Shown in pieces: positions 31,045 to 41,699 of a DNA stretch of 64,000 bases; the first letter of the stretch is position 1; every line of letters begins with the position of its first letter. The stretch covers positions 672,001-736,000 of the forward strand of contig CAXXHG010000043.1 in the NCBI GenBank assembly GCA_963666315.2, in the 5' to 3' direction. The stretch is from Candidatus Binatia bacterium. GTDB lineage: Bacteria > Desulfobacterota > Binatia > Bin18. Made by a program: the position numbers and the translations under genes. The notes below the pieces were generated by a model. The model was not told the origin of the DNA and made no database searches. It was given only the letters and a program-made list of their open reading frames with translations.

Positions 31045-31428
31045 TTAAGAGTTCGTCGGGAGTGTACTTCGGGAGAAATCACTGACGTTACGAGTAACGA
31101 TTCCCCCTGCACCGGCATGGTGAGCTGCCTCGTAGAGAACCGCATCTTCGTAGTCAGTGAAATTGAGTGAAAGCGCATCTAATATGACGACGCCATTGAC
31201 TGGCGCGACCTCAAATAATGCGAGGAGTGTTCGGAGATGCTTCCTCGCTTGTGTCTTACCAACAGCTTTTGTTGCCAGATAGTGGATAGTGGTAACTGTA
31301 GTCGCCCCTAAGAGTCCTTCGATAGCGTTCCGCTCAACATATACAAAGAGGCGAGAAGCCGTAGCGGCATGCGGCTTCCGATTCAGTAAGACATCGAGGA
31401 CCACATTTGTATCAAAGAGAATTCTCAC
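31045..31428 (-). CDS. PIN-domain toxin; the last residues appear frameshifted
   Basis: LFDTNVVLDVLL..DYEDAV..IVTRN..DF; the expected tail PDELLKVL lies in another frame. Confidence 0.85.
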   Translation of the reverse strand: MRILFDTNVVLDVLLNRKPHAATASRLFVYVERNAIEGLLGATTVTTIHYLATKAVGKTQARKHLRTLLALFEVAPVNGVVILDALSLNFTDYEDAVLYEAAHHAGAGGIVTRNVSDFSRSTLPTNS

Positions 31429-31667
31429 TAATACTTCTCTTCAATATGTCGATAGTAATCTTGTTTTGTGAGTGATGTATCCTCCAGTGCCCCTAAGAGA
31501 GAACGAACTGCCGACGTGAGCTCTTCTTCCGCTCCCCCTGAAGGTGAGTCAAGAAGAGTGAAGAAGTCGGCCACAAGACTGGAGACCGACTTTCCGGACC
31601 GATGGGCATACGCCTTCGCTTTTTGGATAAGCGCCTCGTCGAGCCGTAAAGTGAGCTTTGTTTGCAT
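31428..31667 (-). CDS. antitoxin (DUF6364-like RHH)
   Basis: MQTKLTLRLDEALIQKAKAYA..GKSVSSLV; overlaps the PIN start. Confidence 0.85.
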   Translation of the reverse strand: MQTKLTLRLDEALIQKAKAYAHRSGKSVSSLVADFFTLLDSPSGGAEEELTSAVRSLLGALEDTSLTKQDYYRHIEEKY

Positions 31668-31775
31668 GGTATGCCTCTTCTATGCCGTATCATTTTACTC
31701 TTATCGTACGTCTCGAAAGCAATAAGAACAAGATTATTTTACTATCCAAGCTAAGCAAAAGAGCCTTTCGTGAAT

Positions 31776-32630
31776 CTACTTCCCCTCCAACCATTGATTA
31801 AACTTCGCTGGCCGGTTTTCCTGAAACGCTTGCATGCCTTCCATGGCATCCGGGTGATGGTCGGAGACCGCAGTCTTGGACGCGATTTCGTCCAGCGACT
31901 GGGCAAACGTCATTTCAGCCGCGTTGTAGATTGAGCGTTTGAGCATACGCATAGAAACCTGCGGGCCGTTAGCCAGCTCGCGCGCAAGGTCCAGCGTCCG
32001 GTCCATGAGTTCGCTGGCTGGCACGACTTCGTGCACCAAACCCAGCGCAAGGGCTTCCTGGGCGGTGACAATACGTTTGCGCATAAGGAAGTCCATGGTT
32101 TTGCCAACGCCCATCAGCTGCGTCAAAAGAAACTGACCACCTTCGTCGGGCAGCAAGCCGAAACGCAGAGTCGCGCTGCCCATCCGGGCGTCTGCTGAGG
32201 CAATGCGAAAGTCGCAGGCAAGGGCAAGCGAGAAACCGGTTTGAATAGCAACACCGTTAATGGCCGCAATGGCAATCTTGTCCAGATTGCGTACGGCTTG
32301 ATTCAGGGGCTGCGAGAGATGCCGCAGGCCGTTGTAAGTCCCGGTCGGGTTGTGATGTCCGGCAGGGATATGCGGCACAAGTGCCTGCTCGGCATTCTTG
32401 CCTACTGGCCGGCCCGTAATATCGTCGCCCGCAGAGAAAGCCCGGCCTGAGCCGGTGAAAATGACAACGCGCACAGTGTCATCCATCTGCACCTGAATCA
32501 GCGTCTCCACCAGGTCTCGTTTGAGATGATGCGTCATGCCGTTGAGACGTTCGGGTTGGTTAAAGGTGATGATGACGATGCCGGGATCTTGGACGGTGAC
32601 CTCAAAGCCCCGAAAGTTGCCTGTTTGCAT
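31776..32630 (-). CDS. enoyl-CoA hydratase/isomerase family
   Basis: FTGSGRAFSAGDD, AAINGVA, LACDFRIAS. Confidence 0.9.
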   Translation of the reverse strand: MQTGNFRGFEVTVQDPGIVIITFNQPERLNGMTHHLKRDLVETLIQVQMDDTVRVVIFTGSGRAFSAGDDITGRPVGKNAEQALVPHIPAGHHNPTGTYNGLRHLSQPLNQAVRNLDKIAIAAINGVAIQTGFSLALACDFRIASADARMGSATLRFGLLPDEGGQFLLTQLMGVGKTMDFLMRKRIVTAQEALALGLVHEVVPASELMDRTLDLARELANGPQVSMRMLKRSIYNAAEMTFAQSLDEIASKTAVSDHHPDAMEGMQAFQENRPAKFNQWLEGK

Positions 32631-32642
32631 ATCGCGTCCTCC

Positions 32643-34151
32643 TTATGACGTATCCTTTGTTGCCCAGGCTTTGGCCCGCTGCAACGCCTTTGCCCAGCCT
32701 GCCTTTAACTCCTCTTTATGCTCTAATGACATATGCGGCTCGAAAATACGCTCCACCTGCCACTGGCTTGCCAGCTCATTTTGATCCTTCCAATAGCCGA
32801 TAGCTAATCCGGCTAAGTAGGCTGCGCCGAGTGCGGTCGTTTCGGAAATCTGCGGACGAACAACAGGAACCCCAAGGACGTCTGCCTGAAACTGCATGAG
32901 GAGATTGTTCACTGTAGCTCCTCCATCCACGCGCAGTTGTGTGAGATGTAAACCAGCGTCTGATTCCATCGCCGTCAAGACATCCATGGATTGATAGGCG
33001 ATACTCTCTAAGGCCGCCCGCGCAATATGAGCGGCAGTCGTACCTCGGGTCAGGCCGAGCAGAGAGCCACGCGCATATGGGTCCCAATGCGGTGCGCCAA
33101 GACCGGTAAAGGCCGGGACGAGGTATACACCGTCTGTGTCTGAAACGCTCGCCGCCAGCGCCTCGACCTCGGAAGACGATTTGATGATACCCAGCCCGTC
33201 ACGCAGCCACTGCACGACTGCACCAGCGATAAACACGCTGCCTTCCAGAGCATAGTTTGTCTGTTGGCCTAATCGCCAAGCGGCCGTTGTCAGGAGGTTG
33301 TTTTGAGAAGCGACGGGCTTAAGCCCCGTCTGCATGAGCATAAAGCAGCCCGTACCATACGTGTTTTTAACCATACCCGGTGTCGTACACATCTGGCCGA
33401 ACAGCGCGGCGTTTTGATCTCCGGCAATGCCGCTGATGGGCAGCGACGCGGTCAAGAGGTCGGTTGTTGTTTCGGCATAGACCTCACTGGAAGTACAGAC
33501 TGTGGGCAGCATGGGTCGAGGAATCGTCAGGATGTCGAGTAACTCCTCATCCCACTCACCGGTCTGCAGATTGAACAACAGCGTCCGCGACGCGTTTGTG
33601 ACGTCGGTGATATGTTTTGCCCCGTGGGTCAGCTTCCAGATCAACCAGGAGTCAACCGTCCCAAAGGCAAGCCGTCCGGCTTCCGCCTTGCGACGTGCGT
33701 CTGGAATAGTGTCCAAAATCCAGCGGATCTTGGTGCCCGAGAAATACGGGTCGATTACCAGGCCGGTTTTGTCCCGAAACACGGCTTCCAGGCCGTCCTG
33801 CTTCAGTGTATCGCACACGTCTGCGGTACGTCTGTCTTGCCAGGCTATGGCGTTACAGACTGGCTGACCAGTTTCTCGATCCCACACTATGGTTGTTTCG
33901 CGTTGGTTGGTAATACCGATAGCGGCGATATCTTTTGCGGACATGCCAGCCCGGGCGAGCGCTTCGGTTATCACCGAAGCCTGTGACGACCAGATCTCAT
34001 TCGCGTCCTGCTCAACCCAACCGGAGTGTGGGAAAATCTGAGTCAACTCTTTCTGCGCAATTGCACGGATGGTTCCAGAGTGGTCAAAGATAATGGCGCG
34101 TGAGCTTGTCGTGCCTTGATCCAGGGCCAATATGTATTGGGCGCGCTGCAC
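32643..34151 (-). CDS. glpK: glycerol kinase
   Basis: [45 protein letters not shown]. Confidence 0.97.
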   Translation of the reverse strand: MQRAQYILALDQGTTSSRAIIFDHSGTIRAIAQKELTQIFPHSGWVEQDANEIWSSQASVITEALARAGMSAKDIAAIGITNQRETTIVWDRETGQPVCNAIAWQDRRTADVCDTLKQDGLEAVFRDKTGLVIDPYFSGTKIRWILDTIPDARRKAEAGRLAFGTVDSWLIWKLTHGAKHITDVTNASRTLLFNLQTGEWDEELLDILTIPRPMLPTVCTSSEVYAETTTDLLTASLPISGIAGDQNAALFGQMCTTPGMVKNTYGTGCFMLMQTGLKPVASQNNLLTTAAWRLGQQTNYALEGSVFIAGAVVQWLRDGLGIIKSSSEVEALAASVSDTDGVYLVPAFTGLGAPHWDPYARGSLLGLTRGTTAAHIARAALESIAYQSMDVLTAMESDAGLHLTQLRVDGGATVNNLLMQFQADVLGVPVVRPQISETTALGAAYLAGLAIGYWKDQNELASQWQVERIFEPHMSLEHKEELKAGWAKALQRAKAWATKDTS

Positions 34152-34358
34152 GCGTCTTTACTACCATATCGTCGAGACTGACAGCAACGCTGGGCTGGCT
34201 CTGCCTGTCTGCCCGATCGGTCATGTCCGTCCGAGACTTGGACTCTTCTCTGTGTATGTAGCAAGTCTAAGGAAGAGAAAAAGCCGTGTGTTTCTCACCG
34301 TCTAGATGTCTCGAAAGCTGATTTCTGCCCTTGGCATTCATTTTGTTCTATCCCCAGC

Positions 34359-34538
34359 ATGGCAACAATCCGAAAATGGGCCAAAATGATTCTCTTTGTC
34401 TGTTTGACTATTCTGTTATGCCTCTTGGTCCCTCCTCTCTATGCCGCAGAGTCCGGCTCGTCAGACCGGACAGCAGAACGGCCGTTGGCAGCCCCTTTCT
34501 TTTTCCCTTCCCTATGCACGTCCCAGCTTTTCCGATAA
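34359..34538 (+). pseudogene. orphan signal peptide / N-terminus of an exported protein (59 aa)
   Basis: MATIRKWAKMILFVCLTILLCLLVPPLYA-AESG..ERPLAAPFFFPSL. Confidence 0.4.
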
Positions 34539-34623
34539 TCGCCCCATCCTTTTCCGCCTGTGTATAGTTGAGCCGTCCGCTCTATTCCCGCATGTAGGGA
34601 GCTGTGATACAGCGGGTAGCCTT

Positions 34624-34851
34624 ATGCCGTCTGACTTTTTTCGAGGGGTGAAAATAGGCGTCGGGTTTGCCGTTGGGGCTAGCTCTCTATTCCTGTTGAT
34701 GATCTTTGGTATTGCGATGTGTGCCGGACATTTCCAGCAGCAGATGATCCAGGAGTTGAAGCAGCAGCTTGAAGAAATCAGGCCCCAGGATGCGCCGGAC
34801 ACGGACTCGGTGCGCTATTCGGAATTTTTGTCGGAATTTTCGTCTTCTTGA
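34624..34851 (+). CDS. small membrane protein
   Basis: One TM segment followed by an amphipathic helix (QQQMIQELKQQLEE). Confidence 0.5.
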   Translation: MPSDFFRGVKIGVGFAVGASSLFLLMIFGIAMCAGHFQQQMIQELKQQLEEIRPQDAPDTDSVRYSEFLSEFSSS

Positions 34852-34905
34852 AAAATGGCAGGATAGCGGCGACCGGGAGAGGACTGCGGCGGCCGGGAGA
34901 AAACT

Positions 34906-36993
34906 ATGGAATACTTTTGCGGGCTGGATACCGGCGGAACATTCACTGACTGCGTGGTGATGGATGCCGATGGGCGGATTACGATTGCCAAGAGCCCGTC
35001 TACCCCAAACGATTTTGCAGTTGGATTTTTTAACGCACTGGAAGTGGCTGCCGACAAATTGGAGTTGAGCCTGGCCCAGCTCATGTCGCGGACCAAAATG
35101 CTGCTGCATGGCACAACGGTCGGCACGAATGCCATCGTGCAAATGCAGGGCGCGAAAACCGGCCTGATTACCACCCGCGGCCATCGAGATGTCTTGATTA
35201 TGATGCGTTCTGTGGGACGCTCGGCCGGGCTGCCGATTGAAAAGCTGCTGCACGTGTCTCGACATCAAAAGCCTGAGCCCATCATTCCTCGGACGTTGAT
35301 CCAAGAGGTCAGTGAACGCATAGACTGGAAAGGGGCGGTGTATCTCTCGCTCAACGAAGACGAAGCGCGCCAGGCTATCACCTCTCTGCTCGCCCAAGAT
35401 GTTGAGTCTATCGCCATTTCTTTTCTGTGGGGATTCCTAAACCCAGCCCATGAGTTAGCGGTCAAGAAGATGGTCCAGGAGGCTGCTCCTGGCGTGTTTG
35501 TGACGTGTGCCCACGAACTGATTGCGAAACCTGGAGAATATGAGCGGACTGCCGCAACCGCTATTAATTGTTTTATCGGCCCGTCTTCTTCCGGATACAT
35601 CCAGCGCGTGCAAGAGCGAGCCAAGAGTTTGGGTTATGCGCAGCCGCTCCTCATCATGCAGGCGTCGGGTGGCGTGGCGACCGTTACCGAGGCTGCGCAA
35701 AAGCCGCTGTTTACCATTGGGTCCGGGCCGGTGGGTGGCATTATTGGGGCGCAGTTTCTTGCTGGGACGCTGGGTCACAAAAACGTCATTGCCTCTGATG
35801 TGGGTGGCACCAGCTTTGATGTCGGTATTATTAACGAAGGCCGTGCACTGACCTCATCAGAAACCATTCTCAATCAGTACACCTTTTTCATGCCCCAGCT
35901 CGACATTGTATCTATAGGCAGTGGCGGTGGTAGCGTGATCTGGATCGACGAGCTGAGCAACACGATGCGAGTCGGACCACAGTCGGCGGGCGCTGATCCC
36001 GGTCCGGCTTGTTACAACCGGGGCGGGAAAGAGCCGACTATTACCGATGCCAACCTCATTCTGGGCTATCTGAATCCGAAGAACTTCCTAGGCGGTAAGT
36101 TTGCTCTTGATGCACAGATCTCGCTGCAGACAATGCAGCCGGTCGCAGACCGGCTGGGTATGGACGTGGTTGAAGCGGCCAGTGGTGCGGGCCAGATAGT
36201 CGAATTTCACATGGCTGACCTGATGCGCCAAATGACAGTCCAGCGCGGACTCGACCCGCGAGATTTTGTGGTCTACGCCTATGGCGGTGGTGGCCCCGCC
36301 CATGCCGTTGCCTATTCCCGCGAGCTAGGCTGCAAGACTGTAGTCGTGCCGTTAGGCTCGGTGGCGTCGACCTGGTCGGCGCTGGGCATTCAGTCCGCCG
36401 ATATCCTGCATGTATACGAGAAAGCAGAACTCCTCATTGCGCCGTTCGATCATGCCCGGCTCAATGAAATTTTTGCCGTGCTTGAAAAACAAGGTCGGAG
36501 TCAACTCGCTGAAGATGGTGTTGGGCCGGAACATATGCGTTTCTTGCGCTATGCGGATATGAAGTTTCGTTTGCAGATCCATCGTGTCGAAGTTCCTGTG
36601 CCCGGCGGGCTGCTCACGGCACAAGATGCCGAAATCTTAATGCAGACGTTTAGCGACCAATACGAGACGCTGTACGGCAAAGGTTCCGCGTTTAAGGATG
36701 CGGGTATGGAAATCGGCGTACTGCGCCTCGCTGCCGCCGGTGGCATACCTCGGCCACGCTTGCAGAATCAGGCCCAGAAAGCGGATGCGGCTGTCGTGGG
36801 AGAACGCGACGTCTACTGGCGAGAGCTGCAACGTTTTACGCCGACACACGTCTACACCGGCATGTCGCTGGCTGCGGGGAGTCGGATTGACGGCCCGGCC
36901 ATCATTGAGATGCCGGAAACGACCATCGTCCTACGACCTGATAGCATCGGACAGTTGGACGCGTACGGGAATTTTGTGATTGAGCTGCAGTAG
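34906..36993 (+). CDS. hydantoinase/oxoprolinase A (ATP-binding) subunit
   Basis: DTGGTFTD, HGTTVGTN, SGPVGG, DVGGTSFD, SAGADPGPACY. Confidence 0.93.
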   Translation: MEYFCGLDTGGTFTDCVVMDADGRITIAKSPSTPNDFAVGFFNALEVAADKLELSLAQLMSRTKMLLHGTTVGTNAIVQMQGAKTGLITTRGHRDVLIMMRSVGRSAGLPIEKLLHVSRHQKPEPIIPRTLIQEVSERIDWKGAVYLSLNEDEARQAITSLLAQDVESIAISFLWGFLNPAHELAVKKMVQEAAPGVFVTCAHELIAKPGEYERTAATAINCFIGPSSSGYIQRVQERAKSLGYAQPLLIMQASGGVATVTEAAQKPLFTIGSGPVGGIIGAQFLAGTLGHKNVIASDVGGTSFDVGIINEGRALTSSETILNQYTFFMPQLDIVSIGSGGGSVIWIDELSNTMRVGPQSAGADPGPACYNRGGKEPTITDANLILGYLNPKNFLGGKFALDAQISLQTMQPVADRLGMDVVEAASGAGQIVEFHMADLMRQMTVQRGLDPRDFVVYAYGGGGPAHAVAYSRELGCKTVVVPLGSVASTWSALGIQSADILHVYEKAELLIAPFDHARLNEIFAVLEKQGRSQLAEDGVGPEHMRFLRYADMKFRLQIHRVEVPVPGGLLTAQDAEILMQTFSDQYETLYGKGSAFKDAGMEIGVLRLAAAGGIPRPRLQNQAQKADAAVVGERDVYWRELQRFTPTHVYTGMSLAAGSRIDGPAIIEMPETTIVLRPDSIGQLDAYGNFVIELQ

Positions 36994-37011
36994 CCTTGAA
37001 AGAACGTCATT

Positions 37012-37065
37012 GGAAGACTGCGAAGATTTGGAAGATTGAGGGAATTTCGAAGATAAGGAAAGAGC
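37012..37065. repeat. degenerate 9-bp tandem repeat (about 6 units, GAAGAT core)
   Basis: ggaagactg cgaagattt ggaagattg agggaattt cgaagataa ggaaagagc. Confidence 0.6.
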
Positions 37066-39333
37066 ATGTCTCAACAAGAGATCAAATGGGATGGACGAAC
37101 CTATCCCTATATCCCGAGCAAAGAGCTGAATATTGATCCGAGTCTCAAGCTCCACTCTCGAGCCGCCGATACAGTCGATCCTGTGACGTATGAAGTGCTC
37201 CGGCATGCCATGTGGAATATCAATGTTGAGCACGGCAACACCATCATGCGTATTTCCGGATCCCCCAGCTGCGCGTATGGGCATGATTTCAATCCCAGCC
37301 TGCTTGATGAAAAGGGCGACTTTGTGTTCTTTGGCCCGTTTCTCCAATATCTCTCGTCTGCAACCGGATCAGCCGTCAAGTGGACACTGGAGAACCGCTC
37401 GGACAATCCGGGCATTCAGGACGGCGATATTTTCCTGACCAATGACCCCTGGGTGGGGGCAACACATCAGTCTGATGTGGCACTCATCGCCCCGATATTT
37501 TGGGAAGAGGAACTGTTTTGCTGGGTGGGGAATACCCTGCATCAATGGGATTTGGGCGGCACTGCGCCGGGTGGATTTAATCCCATGGCAGAGGATATTT
37601 TCTGGGAGTCGGGTTGCATCCCGCCGATTAAGATTGTCGAGCAGGGCAGGCTGCGTAAAGACCTGGAAGAAGAATATATACGCCGCTCGCGTATGCCTCA
37701 GCTGGTTGCGCTCGATCTGCGCGCTGAGATTGCGGGCTGTCATGTGGCCCGAGAACGTTTGCTCACCTTAGTGACTCGTTATGGCGCACCGACGGTCAAA
37801 GCCGTGATGCATAAGCTTCAGGACGACTCGGAAACCGCATTCTTGCGGCGGCTGAGAACAATTCCTGATGGGACCTGGCGCGAGTCAAGCTGGATTGAAC
37901 TTAAAAATCCCAGCGATCGTGGGCTGTATCGTAACGCGTTAACGCTCACGAAAAAGGGCGATACGCTGACCTTTTCCAATGCGGGCAGCGATCCCCAAGC
38001 GGGGACGCTCAACTGCACCATGGTGGCTTGGAAAGGTGCTATCGCGGCGATGATCTGCTCCCAGATGCTGTTTGACCAAATGTTTGTGGTGGAAGGCGCC
38101 TATCGGCATATGGAGTTTGATGTCACGCCGGGCACAATTACCTGTGCCACGTTTCCCGCTGCGGTGTCTGCCGGCCCTGCCTTGAGCTTACTCCAAACCA
38201 TTGCCCTGTCTGGGTTAGTGATTTCGAAAATGCTGGCCTGTTCCTCAGATGAACAGCTGCGCAGTGAAGTCCAGAGCTGCATGGGGACCGCCATGTATCC
38301 AGTATCGGCGTTCAGCGGAACGGATCAGCGCGGTGCACCGTACGCATCCTTTTTGCTCGACCCGGCAGGCGCGGCTCTGGCTGGATTATCGTGGAAAGAC
38401 GGGGTGGATACGGGCGGCTGGCCATGGGATCTGCAAAGCACCATGCCCAATGTCGAAGATAACGAATGGTTTTATCCCATCCTGTATTTGTGGCGGAAAG
38501 AATTGGTTGACTCCGGCGGAGCTGGCAAGTTTCGCGGCGGCAATTCTGGCGAGCTTGCCTTTGTGCCGCACGACACGGATCGGATTACCTTGTTTACGGC
38601 GGCCGGACACTGCGCCGTTCCAGGGCCAGGACTGCACGGCGGCTCCTCGCCGGCAACAACCCGCTTTACCATGCGGCGCGGAACACAGATCGACGAGCAA
38701 ATCGCACAGACCGGGCATATGCCGTCGAGCATGAATGAGCTCCAAGGCCGCAGTGAAGCTATTGCCCCCAAAGCATTCAATGTTCCACAAGAACCTGGTG
38801 ATGCGTTTATCCTGTCCTGGGCCGCAGCCGGTGGATATGGTGATCCGCTAGAGCGTGACCCCGAGCGTATTATGCAGGATATTGAACGAGGAAACGTCAC
38901 GCGGGAATGGGCACAGACAGCCTATGGCGTCGTCTTTGATGACCACGGGGCTATTGATACCCAAGCGACGCTGGAGCAACGGATGTCACTGCGCAAAGCG
39001 CGGCTCAATGCTGCGTCCCCGCAGGAACATCAGCACGTGGATCTCGATACCGCAAGACAGATCGCAGAGGGTTTGGTGCTGGCTGATGACAGTATCGGCT
39101 GTCGGAAGTGCGGCGTACGCATTGCCAAGACAACGGAGAATTACAAGCTCTCGTGCGCAGTGATCGAGCAACCTATCACTGCGGCCAATCCCTATATCCT
39201 CGATCCGAAAACGTATGTGGACGATGATATGGTCTTGCGCAGTTACGCCTGTCCGAGCTGCGGGCTACTGCTGACGACTGAAATGGTGCGGCCGACCGAT
39301 CCGCCGTTGTGGGATATTCAATTAAATGGCTAA
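37066..39333 (+). CDS. hydantoinase B/oxoprolinase subunit fused to an acetone-carboxylase-gamma-like Zn domain
   Basis: NDPWVGATHQSD, HQWDLGG, DSGGAGKFRGG, GGYGDPLERDP; C-terminal CRKCG..NYK..CPSCG. Confidence 0.9.
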   Translation: MSQQEIKWDGRTYPYIPSKELNIDPSLKLHSRAADTVDPVTYEVLRHAMWNINVEHGNTIMRISGSPSCAYGHDFNPSLLDEKGDFVFFGPFLQYLSSATGSAVKWTLENRSDNPGIQDGDIFLTNDPWVGATHQSDVALIAPIFWEEELFCWVGNTLHQWDLGGTAPGGFNPMAEDIFWESGCIPPIKIVEQGRLRKDLEEEYIRRSRMPQLVALDLRAEIAGCHVARERLLTLVTRYGAPTVKAVMHKLQDDSETAFLRRLRTIPDGTWRESSWIELKNPSDRGLYRNALTLTKKGDTLTFSNAGSDPQAGTLNCTMVAWKGAIAAMICSQMLFDQMFVVEGAYRHMEFDVTPGTITCATFPAAVSAGPALSLLQTIALSGLVISKMLACSSDEQLRSEVQSCMGTAMYPVSAFSGTDQRGAPYASFLLDPAGAALAGLSWKDGVDTGGWPWDLQSTMPNVEDNEWFYPILYLWRKELVDSGGAGKFRGGNSGELAFVPHDTDRITLFTAAGHCAVPGPGLHGGSSPATTRFTMRRGTQIDEQIAQTGHMPSSMNELQGRSEAIAPKAFNVPQEPGDAFILSWAAAGGYGDPLERDPERIMQDIERGNVTREWAQTAYGVVFDDHGAIDTQATLEQRMSLRKARLNAASPQEHQHVDLDTARQIAEGLVLADDSIGCRKCGVRIAKTTENYKLSCAVIEQPITAANPYILDPKTYVDDDMVLRSYACPSCGLLLTTEMVRPTDPPLWDIQLNG

Positions 39334-39343
39334 GGAGGCAACA

Positions 39344-39781
39344 ATGCCCCAAGAACAGACTTATGTTGCGACGATAAAAAAATATTACCACGGCTGCAGC
39401 ACGGCTGACGTAGAGCTGATGAAATCCACGTTTACGGATGACGTGGTGCACTATTTTACCCACCACGCTCCCATTCGAGGAGCAGAGTCTTTGGCGACCT
39501 TTTGGGCCGAGATGCAGCCGCGCATCAAGGCGACGTGGACGTGTGACCATGCCATTGTCCAAGCAGATGAGTGCGTTATCGAATGGACGATGCAGTGGAC
39601 ACCGCCGTCGGGACAGGCCGAACTCATGCGCGGTGCGGAGTGGTTCATTTTTCGCGAAGATAAAATTGCAGAGATTCGTGCTTACTATATCAACCGTCAT
39701 CTACCCTACGAGCAGCCCAATTTTGAACTAGAAGAGTTCCCGTATGCGGAGCGTGATTATTCGGTATTACCAAGCTCGTAA
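39344..39781 (+). CDS. SnoaL/NTF2-like protein
   Basis: AAGGAGG RBS; FTDDVVHYF, ECVIEW, RGAEWF, KIAEIRAY. Confidence 0.85.
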   Translation: MPQEQTYVATIKKYYHGCSTADVELMKSTFTDDVVHYFTHHAPIRGAESLATFWAEMQPRIKATWTCDHAIVQADECVIEWTMQWTPPSGQAELMRGAEWFIFREDKIAEIRAYYINRHLPYEQPNFELEEFPYAERDYSVLPSS

Positions 39782-39818
39782 GAAGAGATTTCCCTCTTTA
39801 TCTTTTCGTCCTCAAGAA

Positions 39819-39860
39819 TCCCCTCGCCCCTTTTGGGGGAGAGGGGTAGGGTGAGGGGAA
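39819..39860. repeat. CCCTCxCCC..GGGAGAGGG-type REP
   Basis: TCCCCTCGCCCCTTTTGGGGGAGAGGGGTAGGGTGAGGGGA; same family lies inside 56466-56651. Confidence 0.65.
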
Positions 39861-39884
39861 TCTGAACAATTTGTTCCCAAAGTC

Positions 39885-40028
39885 GACCGTGCCTGAATAC
39901 ACCAGCACCGAGCCGCGCGGCATTTCGGCATAGGTGGTTTCTTCTTCCTTTGCTTCTCGGTCCTTAGGCCAAGCAGGACTGCCTGGCACAACTTGGGTCG
40001 CGCCGTTTTCCTGCGTAAAATCTATCAG
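39885..40028 (-). pseudogene. phytanoyl-CoA dioxygenase (PhyH) internal fragment
   Basis: LIDFTQENGATQVVPGS..AEMPRGSVLVYSGTV. Confidence 0.75.
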
Positions 40029-40032
40029 CCTT

Positions 40033-40064
40033 GTAGCCTGGATAGAACGGAGTGGAATCCGGGG
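40033..40064. repeat. GTAG-type REP
   Basis: GTAGCCTGGATAGAACGGAGTGGAATCCGGGG. Confidence 0.5.
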
Positions 40065-40079
40065 AATGCGGGCTGCAGT

Positions 40080-40388
40080 TTATTCGCTACAGGTGTAATA
40101 CCTCGATGCTTGCTTCGTTTCCTCTCGCTCCCCACGTCGCGAGCGAACTTCCTGCGTAAACTCTTCCCAGTCCAGCAAAGATTCACCACGAGCAACGATT
40201 TTCTGCCGGATTTTCCAGAGCCGTTTTGCTAATGGGGTACGTGGTATGGAAGCTGGGTGCCCCGGAGGAAGAAAACTTCCCTTCTTCAACAGAGGCGGGC
40301 GCAGGCGAAATATCTTCATCCATTTCTCTATTGTACGGAGACAAAAGAGAATGAAAACACTACGGTTGACCACTGTTTCTGATAACAT
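40080..40388 (-). CDS. small hypothetical protein, antitoxin-like; start uncertain
   Basis: PRTPLAKRLWKIRQKIVARGESLLDWEEFTQEVRSRRG. Confidence 0.4.
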   Translation of the reverse strand: MLSETVVNRSVFILFCLRTIEKWMKIFRLRPPLLKKGSFLPPGHPASIPRTPLAKRLWKIRQKIVARGESLLDWEEFTQEVRSRRGEREETKQASRYYTCSE

Positions 40389-40437
40389 TGGTGGCTTGTC
40401 GCCTTCATCGCATATACGCTATATTCCAAGTAGCCAA

Positions 40438-41100
40438 TGAGCCGCCTTGCTGGGCGGTCGGGCCGCGAGGAGGACCGGGGAGTGGCGTTCATGCATGGTC
40501 AGGATGGCCGGTCCGTAGTGGGCGAATACCATCAGAGCGGCTTCCCAGTGGCCGGGGACCTGGCGGTCGGTGGCGCAGGCCGGGCGGTCCGAGAGGGGCC
40601 GGCGGGCTTTCGAAGAAGCGGACCGGAGAGCCGCGCTTCTTGCCGCGCCCGCCGCGTTTGGATTTGGCGCGGGGCAGATAGAGCCGCCAGCGGTCATCCT
40701 TGGTGCGCGCCAGTTGTGCATAGAGAAACCGGTAGATGCTCTCGTGGCTGATCACCTGGCTGCCGGGCTCAACCGCCAGCCGGCCGGCCACCTGCTCCGG
40801 CGCCCAGGGCCTTGACGCGCAGCTCCTTCTTGCGTTCCAGCTTCGAGCCGTTCCACCTCCGGGCGCAAGCCTGCTGATCGGCATAGGCCGGGGTGTAGGC
40901 CCCCTGGGTGCCCTGGTTCCGCTTTATCTCGCGAGCAATGGTCGATGGCGCGCGATCCACAACTGCTGCAACTTGCCGGAGCGAGCTCCCCGCGCCTTGA
41001 AGACCGGCAATCTTCCACCGCTCCTCAACTGAAAGTTGTCTGTATCTCTTGTCCATGACAACACCTTATCCAGCTCGTGTTGCACTTGGTTTGTGAATCT
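40438..41100 (-). mobile_element. IS30-family remnant, frameshifted and 3'-truncated
   Basis: YRQLSVEER..STIAREIKRN; WAPEQVAGRL..ISHESIYRFLY; PGHWEA spread over three frames; end-like GATTCACAAACCAAGTGCAACAC; high GC. Confidence 0.9.
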
Positions 41101-41339
41101 AGAGAATCCAGGGGAGAGGGGCTGGGGCGCTGAACGTACTCCAGGCAGTCTCATTATACATTTTAGGGTATATAGTAAAGTTTGAACATGGCTACTATGA
41201 AGCCAATAGTGACTAGGATTGTTCGTGCATAGGCGAGCAAGTTATTAATCTTAGCCATTCTATTATTCTCGCGAGCGAGTTCTGTCCGTTCTTTAGAAAG
41301 ATCGGTAAGCAGCACTGCCATTTCAGATTGATTCATCGG

Positions 41340-41699
41340 TTAACCACCTACTTCGGCGTCTTTGTCTTGGATACGTCCGATTCTATAAAAGTCCACAATA
41401 CTAATCAGGCAAGAAATGATTAATACTGCAGTAGCTGTGTTTAGTAGCTGAGCTTCAGTGCCCGTCGGTTGTTTTGATAATAATTCTGAAATTGCTGCAA
41501 TATCTGGTTGGACTTCACCGCCTTGGATTTTGTCGACTATGTGTAGAGTCCGCTCTAGCGTCTTTGTTATCAAATAATAAAGCCCGGCACCTGCACTGCC
41601 GGCTAAAACGACACCGGGAATATATTTCTTCAAATGAAAATGCCCAATGCCGAGAAATACAAGAGCCGATAAGAGGGCTGCTTTCGTTGACTTCTTCAT
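41340..41699 (-). CDS. hypothetical membrane protein
   Basis: KAALLSALVFLGIGHF, three hydrophobic segments; locally AT-rich DNA. Confidence 0.7.
   Translation of the reverse strand: MKKSTKAALLSALVFLGIGHFHLKKYIPGVVLAGSAGAGLYYLITKTLERTLHIVDKIQGGEVQPDIAAISELLSKQPTGTEAQLLNTATAVLIISCLISIVDFYRIGRIQDKDAEVGG

Noticed and set aside
34331-34347. sigma54 promoter TGGCATTCATTTTGTT
   Set aside because: The -12 position is GT, not GC, and it is too close to the downstream ATG.
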